64,000 nt of DNA from a virus, in the IMG/VR virus record IMGVR_UViG_3300009151_003928, positions 1 through 64,000 of that record. The stretch is one strand, 5' to 3'. The notes beneath the pieces are model-generated. The model made no database searches. It was not told the origin of the DNA and worked only from the letters and a program-made list of their open reading frames with translations. Both the position numbers and the translations under genes were made by a program. This document shows positions 1-9,500 of this stretch, piece after piece (positions within the stretch are counted from its first letter, which is position 1; every line of letters starts with the position of its first letter).

Positions 1-1
1 A

Positions 2-277
2 AAGAAGGCAATGTCATCAACTCATGCAGTTGATGTCCTACAACATGCCAGGCGTGAGTTCTCTCAATTGACACAACCCACACATACACCGGGTATGGCA
101 GAAAACTTTGCTGATGGTAAAAACCCCGGACGCAAAGGACTTGCCAAACGTAGTGGTGTTAATACCAAAGCCAGTGTTAGTAGTCTAAGAAAGACTGCTA
201 AGAACAGCTCAGGCGAAAAGCAACGTATGGCGCATTGGCTGGCCAACATGAAAGCCGGCCGCGCCAAAAAGAAATAA
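2..277 (+). CDS. 3' end of a 5'-truncated phage protein with a basic C-terminal module (ENFADGKNPGRKG...HWLANMKAGR)
   Basis: Frame is open from position 2, so the true start is probably outside the window; Lys/Arg-rich tail. Confidence 0.6.
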   Translation, partial: KKAMSSTHAVDVLQHARREFSQLTQPTHTPGMAENFADGKNPGRKGLAKRSGVNTKASVSSLRKTAKNSSGEKQRMAHWLANMKAGRAKKK

Positions 278-280
278 GAA

Positions 281-378
281 CACACTACCTTAGGAACGCT
301 TTGCGTTACATAGTGTTGCCCGGCTGCTGGGCTGGATATTATGGGAGTCGTGCCCCGGAATGGTATCCTAAAGTGAGC
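281..378 (+). ncRNA. Candidate structured RNA (multi-hairpin intergenic element)
   Basis: Helices ACACTA(282-287)/TAGTGT(311-316) enclosing AACGC/GCGTT; GCCCGG(318-323)/CTGGGC(327-332); GGATATTAT(334-342)/ATGGTATCC(360-368) topped by GGG/CCC; GC-richer than the flanking intergenic DNA. Confidence 0.55.
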
Positions 379-396
379 AATAATTCCAAATTCCTC

Positions 397-425
397 TTGC
401 AATATCAAAATAAGTAGTGTATAAT
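397..425 (+). promoter_or_regulatory. sigma70-type promoter
   Basis: TTGCAA(397-402)-17 nt-TATAAT(420-425), followed by an AGGAG SD before ATG 450. Confidence 0.7.
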
Positions 426-449
426 AAATCAATTAACAAGGAGATTTAA

Positions 450-710
450 ATGTCAGCACGTATGTTTAGCGGCGAACAAAAAGCCAAACTCACACAAATC
501 ATCAACGAGGGTATGACCGTACTTCAAGAAATTGAAGATCTTAATGCTGGCCTTAATGATACTGTTAAAGCCATTGCAGAAGAAATGGAAATTAAACCGG
601 CTATCCTAAAGAAAGCAATCAAGATTGCACAAAAGTCTAGATTAACCGACACCAATGCCGATCATGAGGAATTGAATACAATTCTAGAAACAGTAGGCAA
701 AACGCTTTGA
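450..710 (+). CDS. dsDNA-binding protein, T4 DsbA / GapR(DUF2312)-like
   Basis: 86-aa helical protein with the pattern ...EIEDLNAGLNDTVKAIAEEMEIKPAILKKAIKIA...; lies upstream of the DNA polymerase. Confidence 0.6.
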   Translation: MSARMFSGEQKAKLTQIINEGMTVLQEIEDLNAGLNDTVKAIAEEMEIKPAILKKAIKIAQKSRLTDTNADHEELNTILETVGKTL

Positions 711-1015
711 TTAATATGCTGGAAGGGTGGTTTAATACCACCTGGCATTTTGCTAAAAAGGATTATCAAGAGTGGCCGTTAAGGTTTACTCTTGAAATGG
801 TAGCATGGGCCGTAAGCATTGTCTGTAGTCTTGGCATGATGCTTACTGTACCTAACCCACCATTAATTTGGCTGTACCCAGCTTGGATAACAGGCTGTGT
901 GATCTATTGTTGGGCGGCGTGGACTAGAGGTTCGTTTGGAATGATGGCAAATTATTTGCTATTGAGCACAATTGATCTAATTGCTCTTATCCGCATGATA
1001 AGTAAAGTAGTATAA
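707..1015 (+). CDS. Small integral membrane protein
   Basis: About 3 hydrophobic segments; TTGA overlap with the upstream stop. Confidence 0.65.
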   Translation: MINMLEGWFNTTWHFAKKDYQEWPLRFTLEMVAWAVSIVCSLGMMLTVPNPPLIWLYPAWITGCVIYCWAAWTRGSFGMMANYLLLSTIDLIALIRMISKVV

Positions 1016-1081
1016 TAAGCCTCGCCCGCTTTAAGGGCATGTAGAGTAAGTGTAAGCTCAAAATTACGCACAGGAGAGTAA
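1011..1081 (+). promoter_or_regulatory. Promoter -10 element and structured 5' leader of the DNA polymerase gene
   Basis: TATAAT 1011-1016; hairpin GCCC(1024-27)/GGGC(1035-38); possible H-type pseudoknot GAGT(1044-47)/GCTC(1056-59) plus GTGTAA(1050-55)/TTACGC(1064-69), next to SD AGGAG 1072-76. Confidence 0.45.
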
Positions 1082-3742
1082 ATGTCATATATTGACGCAT
1101 TGTTTGATCGAGACAAAGATCGTATTCACGTTGTAGAACGTGTTAACGGCGAACGTACTTATAAAGAGTACCCAGCTAATTATGTATTTTATTATGACGA
1201 CCCTCGCGGTAAGTTCCGCACTATCTATGACACACCCGTGTCACGATTTGCTACACGCAACGGAAAAGAATTTCACAAAGAACAGCGCATTAACTCTGGT
1301 AAGCGACTGTGGGAAAGTGATATCAATCCCATCTTCCGTTGTTTAGAAGAAAACTACCTAGGTGCTCAATCGCCTAAACTACAAACAGCCTTTTTTGACA
1401 TTGAGGTGGACTTTGATCCACTGCGAGGCTACTCAAAACCCGAAGATCCATTTAACCCAATAACATCTATCTCAGTGTACTTAGACTGGATGGATAAAAT
1501 GGTCACGATGGTGGTTCCACCTAAGAGTTATAGTTGGGAAACCGCACAAGAAATTTGTGATAAGTTTGATAATTGTTTCTTGTTTGAACGAGAAGAGGAT
1601 ATGCTTAATACATTCCTTGACTTGATTCAAGATGCGGACATCTTAAGCGGTTGGAACTCGGAAGGGTTCGATATTCCTTATACCACTATGCGTATTACTC
1701 GTGTGCTATCCAAGGATGATACACGACGTCTATGCCTATGGGGACAAATGCCTAAACAGCGTATGTTTGAACGCTTTGGTGCTGAACAACTTACATTTGA
1801 CTTAATTGGTCGTGTACACCTAGACTATATGCAACTGTATCGTAAGTACACATATGAAGAACGTCACAGTTATTCATTGGATGCAATTGGCGAATACGAA
1901 GAAGTAGGAAGTAAGTTGGCCTATGAAGGTACACTGGATCAACTCTACAACAAAGATTTTGAAAAGTTTATTGACTACAATAGACAAGATACCCTATTAT
2001 TGGCTAAGTTAGATAAGAAGTTACGATTCTTAGACTTAGCAAATGAACTTGCTCACGACAATACTGTATTGTTACAAACCACAATGGGTGCGGTTGCTGT
2101 AACAGAGCAAGCAATTATCAACGAAGCCCACGCCCGTGGGATGGTTGTGCCTAATAGGAGAAGTCGAGATGATCAAGGAAATACGCAAGCCGCAGGTGCC
2201 TATGTTGCTTATCCCAAAAAAGGAATTCACGAATACGTCGGTGCAATCGACATCAATTCGCTCTATCCCTCGGCTATTAGAGCCCTCAACATGGGACCGG
2301 AAACAATCATCGGACAACTCCGACCAGTAATGACAGACCACTACATCAAAGAAAAGATGGATAGTGGTAGTAGTTTTGCTGATGCGTGGGAAAACATGTT
2401 TGGTACTTTAGAGTACAATGCAGTAATGACTGGAGAAATAGGCACTGAAATAACTGTAGATTGGGAAAATGGATCCAGTGACGTAATGAGTGCCGCAGAT
2501 GTATGGCGCCTAATATTTGATAGTAGACAGCCGTGGACATTGAGTGCTAATGGCACTATTTTTAAACATGACACAAAGGGCATTATTCCTGGGTTGTTAG
2601 AAAGATGGTATGCTGAACGAAAAGAAATGCAAGCTAAAAAGAAAACCGCAACATCTCCTGAAGATACGGCGTTTTGGGACAAAAGGCAACTCGTTAAGAA
2701 AATTAACCTCAATTCGCTTTACGGTGCGATCCTTAACCCAGGCTGTAGGTTCTTCGATCAACGCATTGGCCAATCGACTACGCTTACGGGCCGTATTATC
2801 GCCAAGCACATGGACGCACATGTCAATGAAGCAATCACAGGTACGTACGATCACGTTGGGCAAAGCATCATTTACGGGGACACGGACTCGGTCTATTTCT
2901 CAGCCTGGCCGCAAATCAAAGAGGAAGTAGCTCGAGGCAATATGGAATGGTCTCGTGAAACGTGTGTACAGTTATACGATACTATTGCTGAATCAGTTAA
3001 TGAATCATTTCCTGCGTTTATGGAACGTGCTTGTCATTGCCCACGCGAGATGGGTGCGTTAATTAAAGGTGGACGAGAACTTGTTGCTAGTAAAGGTCTC
3101 TTTATTAAAAAGAAACGCTACGGCATTTTAATCTTTGACATGGAAGGTATTCGTGTAGATACACACGGCAAGCCAGGCAAGATGAAAGCTATGGGACTTG
3201 ACCTTAAGCGGTCCGACACTCCTAAGGTTGTACAAAACTTCCTAAGCGAATTGCTGATGGACGTATTAACCGGTGCAGAAAAGGAAGCAGTTATTGCCAA
3301 GGTCAAAGACTTTAAATTATTGTTTGCTACTCGACCAGCGTGGGAGAAAGGTACACCTAAACGTGTAAACAACTTAACCAAGTATGCGGCAGAAGAAGCA
3401 CGTCTAGGCAAAGCTAATATGCCGGGCCATGTACGTGCGGCCATGAACTGGAATAATCTTAAACGTATGCACGGTGATAACTATTCTACTACTATTGTAG
3501 ATGGTATGAAAACTGTTGTATGTAAACTTAAAGACAATCCAGTGGGTTATACTAGTGTAGGGTATCCGACTGACGAGACTCATATACCTACGTGGTTTAA
3601 AGAGTTGCCATTTGATGATAGTACAATGGAGTCAACTATTGTAGATCAAAAAGTAGAAAACTTACTAGGTGTGCTAGAGTGGAAGATTGCTGAAAGTACA
3701 GATATTAAAACAACATTTGATGATCTATTTACATTTGAGTAA
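1082..3742 (+). CDS. B-family DNA polymerase (T4 gp43-like) with 3'-5' exonuclease
   Basis: ExoI FDIEVD, ExoII WNSEGFD, motif A DINSLYPS, motif B KINLNSLYG, motif C YGDTDS. Confidence 0.97.
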   Translation: MSYIDALFDRDKDRIHVVERVNGERTYKEYPANYVFYYDDPRGKFRTIYDTPVSRFATRNGKEFHKEQRINSGKRLWESDINPIFRCLEENYLGAQSPKLQTAFFDIEVDFDPLRGYSKPEDPFNPITSISVYLDWMDKMVTMVVPPKSYSWETAQEICDKFDNCFLFEREEDMLNTFLDLIQDADILSGWNSEGFDIPYTTMRITRVLSKDDTRRLCLWGQMPKQRMFERFGAEQLTFDLIGRVHLDYMQLYRKYTYEERHSYSLDAIGEYEEVGSKLAYEGTLDQLYNKDFEKFIDYNRQDTLLLAKLDKKLRFLDLANELAHDNTVLLQTTMGAVAVTEQAIINEAHARGMVVPNRRSRDDQGNTQAAGAYVAYPKKGIHEYVGAIDINSLYPSAIRALNMGPETIIGQLRPVMTDHYIKEKMDSGSSFADAWENMFGTLEYNAVMTGEIGTEITVDWENGSSDVMSAADVWRLIFDSRQPWTLSANGTIFKHDTKGIIPGLLERWYAERKEMQAKKKTATSPEDTAFWDKRQLVKKINLNSLYGAILNPGCRFFDQRIGQSTTLTGRIIAKHMDAHVNEAITGTYDHVGQSIIYGDTDSVYFSAWPQIKEEVARGNMEWSRETCVQLYDTIAESVNESFPAFMERACHCPREMGALIKGGRELVASKGLFIKKKRYGILIFDMEGIRVDTHGKPGKMKAMGLDLKRSDTPKVVQNFLSELLMDVLTGAEKEAVIAKVKDFKLLFATRPAWEKGTPKRVNNLTKYAAEEARLGKANMPGHVRAAMNWNNLKRMHGDNYSTTIVDGMKTVVCKLKDNPVGYTSVGYPTDETHIPTWFKELPFDDSTMESTIVDQKVENLLGVLEWKIAESTDIKTTFDDLFTFE

Positions 3743-3744
3743 TC

Positions 3745-4695
3745 ATGAAAAAACTAACTCAACTAGTACACCTCCGTGAACAATTGACGCAGTCATATGA
3801 CCCTGCGCCAACAGCAAATGAACTTATACATTTAACTGACCGTATCGATTCTATTATGGCAGAGGATGTAAGTAAAGACCATCGAGACATACTAGAAAAT
3901 TTCCTGTGCGATTTTGATGAATTGCATATTAAATTACAAGAAAACAAAAATAAGTTTAATGCTATCATTGATCGGATTAATCAAGAAATAGGAGCAGAAG
4001 GCACCAAGTTCTTTAGTGACAACTATGGTTTAGAGCTACGTGTAGAAGCAGAAGCTACTAGTATTATTCGTAATGTTCGAGTAATGGAATTATCTGAATC
4101 CCTCCAGGCTGAAATTCTAAACAGAGTACAACTGTACGGCGATTGGCATTACCCAGCATTGGAAATTGGCTGTAGAGATGGCGAGTGGACTAGACACTTG
4201 GTAGCCAATGATCCGTTGTACATAGTCGATCACTATAAAGAATTTCTTGATTCTGCTCAGTCAAGATTTACACCAGAATATCAAAATCGTATTAGACCTT
4301 ACTTGATACAGGACCAGGACCTGAGTGCATTGCCACAAGGACAAATGGGATTTGTATTTTGCTGGAACTATTTAAACTATCGCAGTTTAGATACTGTAAA
4401 AGAATACCTGAAGTCAGTCAAAGATTTACTACGTCCAGGTGGCACATTTATGTTCAGTTACAACAACGGAGACATACCGGAATGTGCTGGATACGCCGAC
4501 GGACATTGGATGAGTTATATTCCAAAATCTATGCTGTTGCCCTTGTGCGAAAGCATTGGTTACGATGTTATCTTGGCCCGAGACATTCGAGGTGAAGGCA
4601 CATCAATCAGTTGGGTCGAAATACGCAAGCCCGGCGAACTTGAAACAGTAAAAGCTCATCAGGTAATGGGCGAAATACGTCAAATAATTATTTGA
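3745..4695 (+). CDS. Class I SAM-dependent methyltransferase-domain protein with N-terminal coiled coil
   Basis: ALEIGCRDG (motif I-like), YIVD, LLRPGGTFMF. Confidence 0.7.
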   Translation: MKKLTQLVHLREQLTQSYDPAPTANELIHLTDRIDSIMAEDVSKDHRDILENFLCDFDELHIKLQENKNKFNAIIDRINQEIGAEGTKFFSDNYGLELRVEAEATSIIRNVRVMELSESLQAEILNRVQLYGDWHYPALEIGCRDGEWTRHLVANDPLYIVDHYKEFLDSAQSRFTPEYQNRIRPYLIQDQDLSALPQGQMGFVFCWNYLNYRSLDTVKEYLKSVKDLLRPGGTFMFSYNNGDIPECAGYADGHWMSYIPKSMLLPLCESIGYDVILARDIRGEGTSISWVEIRKPGELETVKAHQVMGEIRQIII

Positions 4696-4720
4696 CTTTG
4701 TCTAAATAAACCTATACACT
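4692..4720 (+). promoter_or_regulatory. sigma70-type promoter with an embedded late-type CTAAATA
   Basis: TTGACT(4692-97)-17-TACACT(4715-20); CTAAATA at 4702-4708. Confidence 0.55.
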
Positions 4721-4741
4721 ACTACTATTACGGAGAAAACT

Positions 4742-5476
4742 ATGTTTGATTATTTAAAAGATATTGTGCAACACACTTATGGCCTAGGCGTTATTTCAAT
4801 GCTAAAGGTTACTGGTACTAAAGAAGGTACTACTATTAACGCATTTGACCAGGCAACTAAAACGGTTATCCTAAATGCAGACTTTAAAGCGCCAGTTGCT
4901 GGCTTTGAAGGTGTTTTTGGAATGCCTAACTTGGATAGACTAAACACTATTCTTAATATTCCTGAATACAAAGAAGGTGCAAAGATTACTGTTCAAACAC
5001 AAAAAGATTCAGAAGGTACGGATGTACCGGCTAGTATCCAGTTTGAAAACAAAGGTGGCGACTTTAAAAATAACTATCGCTTTATGACAACCTCTGTTAT
5101 TAACGATCAACTCAAGAACGTTAACATGAAGCCAGTCAAGTGGGGAGTTGAAGTTGTTCCAACTGCACTTAGTATCCAGAAATTAAAGTTTCAAGCAATG
5201 GCACACTCTGATGCTACTACATTCAGTAGTAAAACAGAAAATGGAGAACTAAAGTTTTTCTTCGGTGACAACAGTTCACACGCAGGATCATTTACATTTG
5301 CAACAACTACCGGCAGTTTGAGCAAGCAGTTGAATTGGCCGGTCGCAGTTGTTAATAGTATTCTCAGCTTACCAGGTGACAAGACATTTAAGATCAGTGA
5401 CGACGGTGTTGCTGAAATCATTGTTGATTCTGGACTTGCTGTATATCATTACAAGTTGCCAGCACAAACAAAATGA
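4742..5476 (+). CDS. Probable DNA polymerase sliding clamp (gp45/PCNA-like)
   Basis: 244 aa, alternating beta-strand pattern, FGMPNLDRLNTIL segment, C-terminal YHYKLPA; located near the polymerase. Confidence 0.55.
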   Translation: MFDYLKDIVQHTYGLGVISMLKVTGTKEGTTINAFDQATKTVILNADFKAPVAGFEGVFGMPNLDRLNTILNIPEYKEGAKITVQTQKDSEGTDVPASIQFENKGGDFKNNYRFMTTSVINDQLKNVNMKPVKWGVEVVPTALSIQKLKFQAMAHSDATTFSSKTENGELKFFFGDNSSHAGSFTFATTTGSLSKQLNWPVAVVNSILSLPGDKTFKISDDGVAEIIVDSGLAVYHYKLPAQTK

Positions 5477-6096
5477 TAATTGATGCTGGCATTTTAAACG
5501 AATGGCAATACAAAGGTCATTGTTATGGCGAATGTATGAGCCATTGGGGTAGTGCATACATGTATGTTCATATCCCAAAGAATGCCAGCTCGTGGACTAA
5601 ACCCAATCTTAAAGATTTTGGGTGGGAGTTTTATAATTATCACGCAGACCAGTTAGACAAACACGCATTGGTTGTGTTGCGTGATCCGGTAGAACGTTGG
5701 GTAAGTGGTATAGCAGAATACTTTACTCTATATCACAACAATTTTAACACATGGACGTCTGATGTGTTTGATTTGGTATTTGATAGAATAACATTTGACG
5801 ATCATACAGAACGTCAAGTAAAATTCTTACATGGGCTAGACACAGATAACTGTACGTTTTTTGATTTTGATAATTATCGTTTAAATTTTAGTGTGTGGAT
5901 CAAAGAAAACTACGGCGATAACAAATACGATCGTTATGAATTCCAACACGTGAGCGAACACAGTCCAGAACGAAAACGGTTCAAAGAAATTTTCAATCGT
6001 GAGTTACAAAATTCTAAATACCTAGAACAAATTAAAAACCATTATGCAAAAGACTACGAATTAATTAACTCAATAAAATACTATGGCTCAAGATAA
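5473..6096 (+). CDS. Sulfotransferase (Sulfotransfer_2-like)
   Basis: 5'-PSB-like YVHIPKNASSW and 3'-PB-like VLRDPVERWVSG; C-terminal Y..DY. Confidence 0.75.
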   Translation: MIIDAGILNEWQYKGHCYGECMSHWGSAYMYVHIPKNASSWTKPNLKDFGWEFYNYHADQLDKHALVVLRDPVERWVSGIAEYFTLYHNNFNTWTSDVFDLVFDRITFDDHTERQVKFLHGLDTDNCTFFDFDNYRLNFSVWIKENYGDNKYDRYEFQHVSEHSPERKRFKEIFNRELQNSKYLEQIKNHYAKDYELINSIKYYGSR

Positions 6097-7699
6097 CTTA
6101 ACTGCTAAACAAAACGACTATGCTGTGTTCCTTCCAGCTATTAGTGGTTTCTATGCCACCTTTGTGGGCAAGCAACGCAATGAAGCTTATGTAGACCCTG
6201 CACGTTTTCCGCAGGGCCTAACAGATATGGAGCAAATGAATTGGTTAAATCCCATCAAGGCATTGTTCCCATATAAGTGGTCACTTTACTCCGGTGGCCA
6301 CGCAAACCTCGATCTGAACAAACAAGATTGGAGCGAGGATATGGTACGCAATCGTGATCCCAACACACTAATGCTAGGCGACTCTGGAGGATTCCAGATT
6401 GCCAAAGGATTATGGGAAGGCGATTGGAAAGCCGGCTCAGGTTGCCCGAAGGCCCAGAAAAAACGTGAACAAGTTTTGGCTTGGCTGGACGGCATCGCTG
6501 ACTATGGTATGACCCTTGATATTCCAACCTGGGTTGCACTGGATAAAGAAGCAGGTAAAAAGTGCGGTATTGGCAGTCATCAGGAAGCTGTTGATGCTAC
6601 CAAATACAACAACGATTACTTTATGGCCAACCGCAAAGGCATCAAGAACGGCGGCGTCAAGATTCTCAATGTGTTACAAGGTGCCAACCACCCCGATGCC
6701 GAAGAATGGTATCAAACAATGAAACACTATTGTGATCCTGCACAACACCCCGACACCCACTTTAATGGTTGGGCCATGGGAGGCCAGAACATGTGTGATG
6801 TAGATTTAATTTTACGCAGATTGGTAATATTGCGTCACGATAACTTGCTACAAGAAGGTGTGCATGATTGGATGCACTTCTTGGGCACAAGCAAACTAGA
6901 ATGGGCAGTACTACTTACAGTAATTCAACGTGCGGTGAGAAAATATGTTAATCCAAAATTCACAATTAGTTTCGACTGCGCCAGCCCTTTTCTGGCCACA
7001 GCTAACGGGCAAGTTTACTTTGAAAACGTATTCCCAAATAATGGAAAATGGAGTTACCGTATGGCTCCATCGGCTGACAATAAAAAGTACGCCCTTGACA
7101 CTCGCAAGTGGAGTGACGGAGTCGTTGCAGATGGAGTCTACCCGAGATGGGAAGATAGTCCTCTTAGCAATTTGTTACAGATGAAAGACATTTGTATCTA
7201 TAAGCCGGGAGTAGTTAAAGCAGGAGTAACCATTGATGAAACTAATTTTCAAGAACCGGGATCATATGACGTATTACCTGATGTTAATAAGAACGGCAAA
7301 TGGGGTAAGACGTCGTGGGATAGTTTTAGTTACGCTCTGTTAATGGGTCATAATGTATGGATGCATTTGACAGCAGTACAAGAAGCTAACCGACGCTTTG
7401 ATATTGGTGAACATCCTGCCATGATGCGTAGTAGCGGACCTGGCGGCGAATACTTTGAACACTTGGTTGAGCGAATTTTTGCAGAACCAGACAAAGACAA
7501 GGCATTGAAAATAGTCGATGATTATAGTACTTACTGGACTGAAATTATCGGTACACGTGGCTTTAAAGGTAAAAAAGCTATCAATGGTACCGCGTATTTT
7601 AATTTATTGTTTGAAGAAGAAGGCAGTTCAACCAGCGAAGAAATTGCGCCCGAAGAAGAATTTGATCAATCAAAACTAGATGCATTGGAGAATGAATGA
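6083..7699 (+). CDS. dpdA: Guanine transglycosylase (TGT fold), DpdA-like 7-deazaguanine DNA transglycosylase
   Basis: TGT signature LGDSGGFQ, TLDIP, VLQG, GWAMGG, HFLG, SFDCASP; folE, queD and queE are in the same window. Confidence 0.8.
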   Translation: MAQDNLTAKQNDYAVFLPAISGFYATFVGKQRNEAYVDPARFPQGLTDMEQMNWLNPIKALFPYKWSLYSGGHANLDLNKQDWSEDMVRNRDPNTLMLGDSGGFQIAKGLWEGDWKAGSGCPKAQKKREQVLAWLDGIADYGMTLDIPTWVALDKEAGKKCGIGSHQEAVDATKYNNDYFMANRKGIKNGGVKILNVLQGANHPDAEEWYQTMKHYCDPAQHPDTHFNGWAMGGQNMCDVDLILRRLVILRHDNLLQEGVHDWMHFLGTSKLEWAVLLTVIQRAVRKYVNPKFTISFDCASPFLATANGQVYFENVFPNNGKWSYRMAPSADNKKYALDTRKWSDGVVADGVYPRWEDSPLSNLLQMKDICIYKPGVVKAGVTIDETNFQEPGSYDVLPDVNKNGKWGKTSWDSFSYALLMGHNVWMHLTAVQEANRRFDIGEHPAMMRSSGPGGEYFEHLVERIFAEPDKDKALKIVDDYSTYWTEIIGTRGFKGKKAINGTAYFNLLFEEEGSSTSEEIAPEEEFDQSKLDALENE

Positions 7700-7896
7700 C
7701 CATTACTGCACGTATTAAACACCTAGAAGAACAACATAAAGTGTTGGATAAAAAAATTGACGGCTTGGAAAGTACTGGTGCTTTTCAAGACGAACTATTA
7801 AACAAATTGAAAAAACAGCGGTTGCATATCCGAGACGATATTGTTAAACTTAAAGCAACCGTTGCATTTGAACAAAGTAAAAAAGATAAATTATGA
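7696..7896 (+). CDS. DUF465/YdcH-like coiled-coil protein
   Basis: LEEQHKVLDKKI...LKKQRLHIRDDI pattern. Confidence 0.7.
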   Translation: MTITARIKHLEEQHKVLDKKIDGLESTGAFQDELLNKLKKQRLHIRDDIVKLKATVAFEQSKKDKL

Positions 7897-8408
7897 ACAG
7901 AGCAGGACATGAACAAGTAGACTTTTTTATAGGTCGAGAAGTAGAACACAGCCCAGCGTTTGGACACAAAACTCTATTTGTAGTTGGAATAAATGATGCC
8001 AGTGTTATTGTTAATCTAGTCAAGAACAATAATTGCACACACGTTTATTTTGGTGCAGATCAAAGTTTTCCCAATCCAGACGTCAATGACGGCCCTACAT
8101 GGCGTGAGTGGGAAGGAATGATCTTGGAGTGTTTACAAAGCGGATTGTTATGTACACTTGATTTAGATGTTAGCTCTGTTGAAGGTCTAGCCGAAAGTGG
8201 TCTAATCGAGTACAACAACTTTATTCCCATGATCAGTGTCAAGTTACCGTACATACAATTACTTGGGTACAATGCTACAATTAAACTAGACGACAAGGAT
8301 TTTGCTAAAACAAATCCCGGAGTTTGGTGTCATAGCCTGCATGATTTAAAGGACCGTAAGGTATTTACGGATTGGTCTAAGTACACGCAAGACGAAGTAA
8401 TAAAATGA
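7893..8408 (+). CDS. Hypothetical phage protein
   Basis: 171-aa ORF with ATGA coupling on both sides. Confidence 0.75.
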   Translation: MNRAGHEQVDFFIGREVEHSPAFGHKTLFVVGINDASVIVNLVKNNNCTHVYFGADQSFPNPDVNDGPTWREWEGMILECLQSGLLCTLDLDVSSVEGLAESGLIEYNNFIPMISVKLPYIQLLGYNATIKLDDKDFAKTNPGVWCHSLHDLKDRKVFTDWSKYTQDEVIK

Positions 8409-9499
8409 TCAAGTGTCCGCTTCCGTGGACAGGAATTGCTGTTGAACCAGATGGTGCTGTCAAGAACTGTGCTATCAGTCAACGGCCCATTGGTAACTTG
8501 CAATACAGTACCATCGAATCAATTCTAGATAACAATATCAATCAAGGCATACGTGATAGTTTGTCAAACAGTCAGTGGCCAAAACCCTGCGCTCAATGTG
8601 AACGTGTTGAACAACTGGATCCGTTGTTTAGTAATCGTGCATATCAACTTGAGTTGCATCGAGATGCCAATATTGATTATATCGGATTGCATAGTTTAAC
8701 ACAATTGGATTTGCGATGGTCTAACACCTGTAACTATGCTTGTGTGTACTGTAGTCCAGCATTAAGCAGTCAATGGGCAAGCGAACTAGGTGTAAAAGTC
8801 AATGCCGGGCGTGATAATTTTACAAAATTAAAAGATTATACATTTAGTCGCCTAAACAATCTTAAAGAAGTTTACCTAGCCGGCGGAGAGCCGTTGCTTA
8901 TTAAAGAAAACCTAGAGCTATTAGAAGAACTACATCGAGTCAATCCAGATTGCCTGATACGTATCACAACCAATGCAAGTACATTAACCAACAAGATCTA
9001 CAACAAGATTCGAGAGTTTAAGAATGTCAAATGGGAAGTAAGTGTAGAGGCCATGGGCACAGAGTTTGAATACATACGCTATCCAGGGGTTTGGTCTGAA
9101 TTCAACAGTAACCTACACCAACTAATAAACGAATGGGAAAATGTAGGAATCACCATGAATTACTTTTTGCTTAACGCAAATACCATTATCAAAACTGGTT
9201 TGTACCTGAACAATATGGGAATTGATTTGAATCGTATTGCAATCCATCCAATTACTGGACCAAAGTTTTTAGATGCCCGAAACATAAAAGATTTAGATCG
9301 TGTGACCAATTATCTAAATACCTATACTGAACAACAGACAACTTTTGGTAAAAGCATAGATAATTGTGCAAAATTTCTTGCCAAACCGTTTGACAAAGAT
9401 ATAGAGAATGTAGTATACTCATTGAACAATATAGATAAACGTAGAAATTTAAATTTTACCACAACCTTTCCCACCCTTACTAAACTTTTAGATAATTAA
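8405..9499 (+). CDS. Radical SAM protein with N-terminal twitch/SPASM-like Cys cluster
   Basis: CNYACVYC, AGGEPL; N-terminal CPLPW...DGAVKNC...CAQC. Confidence 0.9.
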   Translation: MIKCPLPWTGIAVEPDGAVKNCAISQRPIGNLQYSTIESILDNNINQGIRDSLSNSQWPKPCAQCERVEQLDPLFSNRAYQLELHRDANIDYIGLHSLTQLDLRWSNTCNYACVYCSPALSSQWASELGVKVNAGRDNFTKLKDYTFSRLNNLKEVYLAGGEPLLIKENLELLEELHRVNPDCLIRITTNASTLTNKIYNKIREFKNVKWEVSVEAMGTEFEYIRYPGVWSEFNSNLHQLINEWENVGITMNYFLLNANTIIKTGLYLNNMGIDLNRIAIHPITGPKFLDARNIKDLDRVTNYLNTYTEQQTTFGKSIDNCAKFLAKPFDKDIENVVYSLNNIDKRRNLNFTTTFPTLTKLLDN

Positions 9500-9500
9500 T

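Noticed and set aside
281-378. Assignment of the structured RNA to a known ribozyme or riboswitch class, or to a terminator
   Set aside because: I could not match the catalytic-core consensus of hammerhead, twister, pistol or HDV ribozymes by eye, and there is no U-tract; left unassigned
1082-3742. Intein or intron in the DNA polymerase (or in thyA)
   Set aside because: Both are continuous ORFs of normal length with normally spaced motifs
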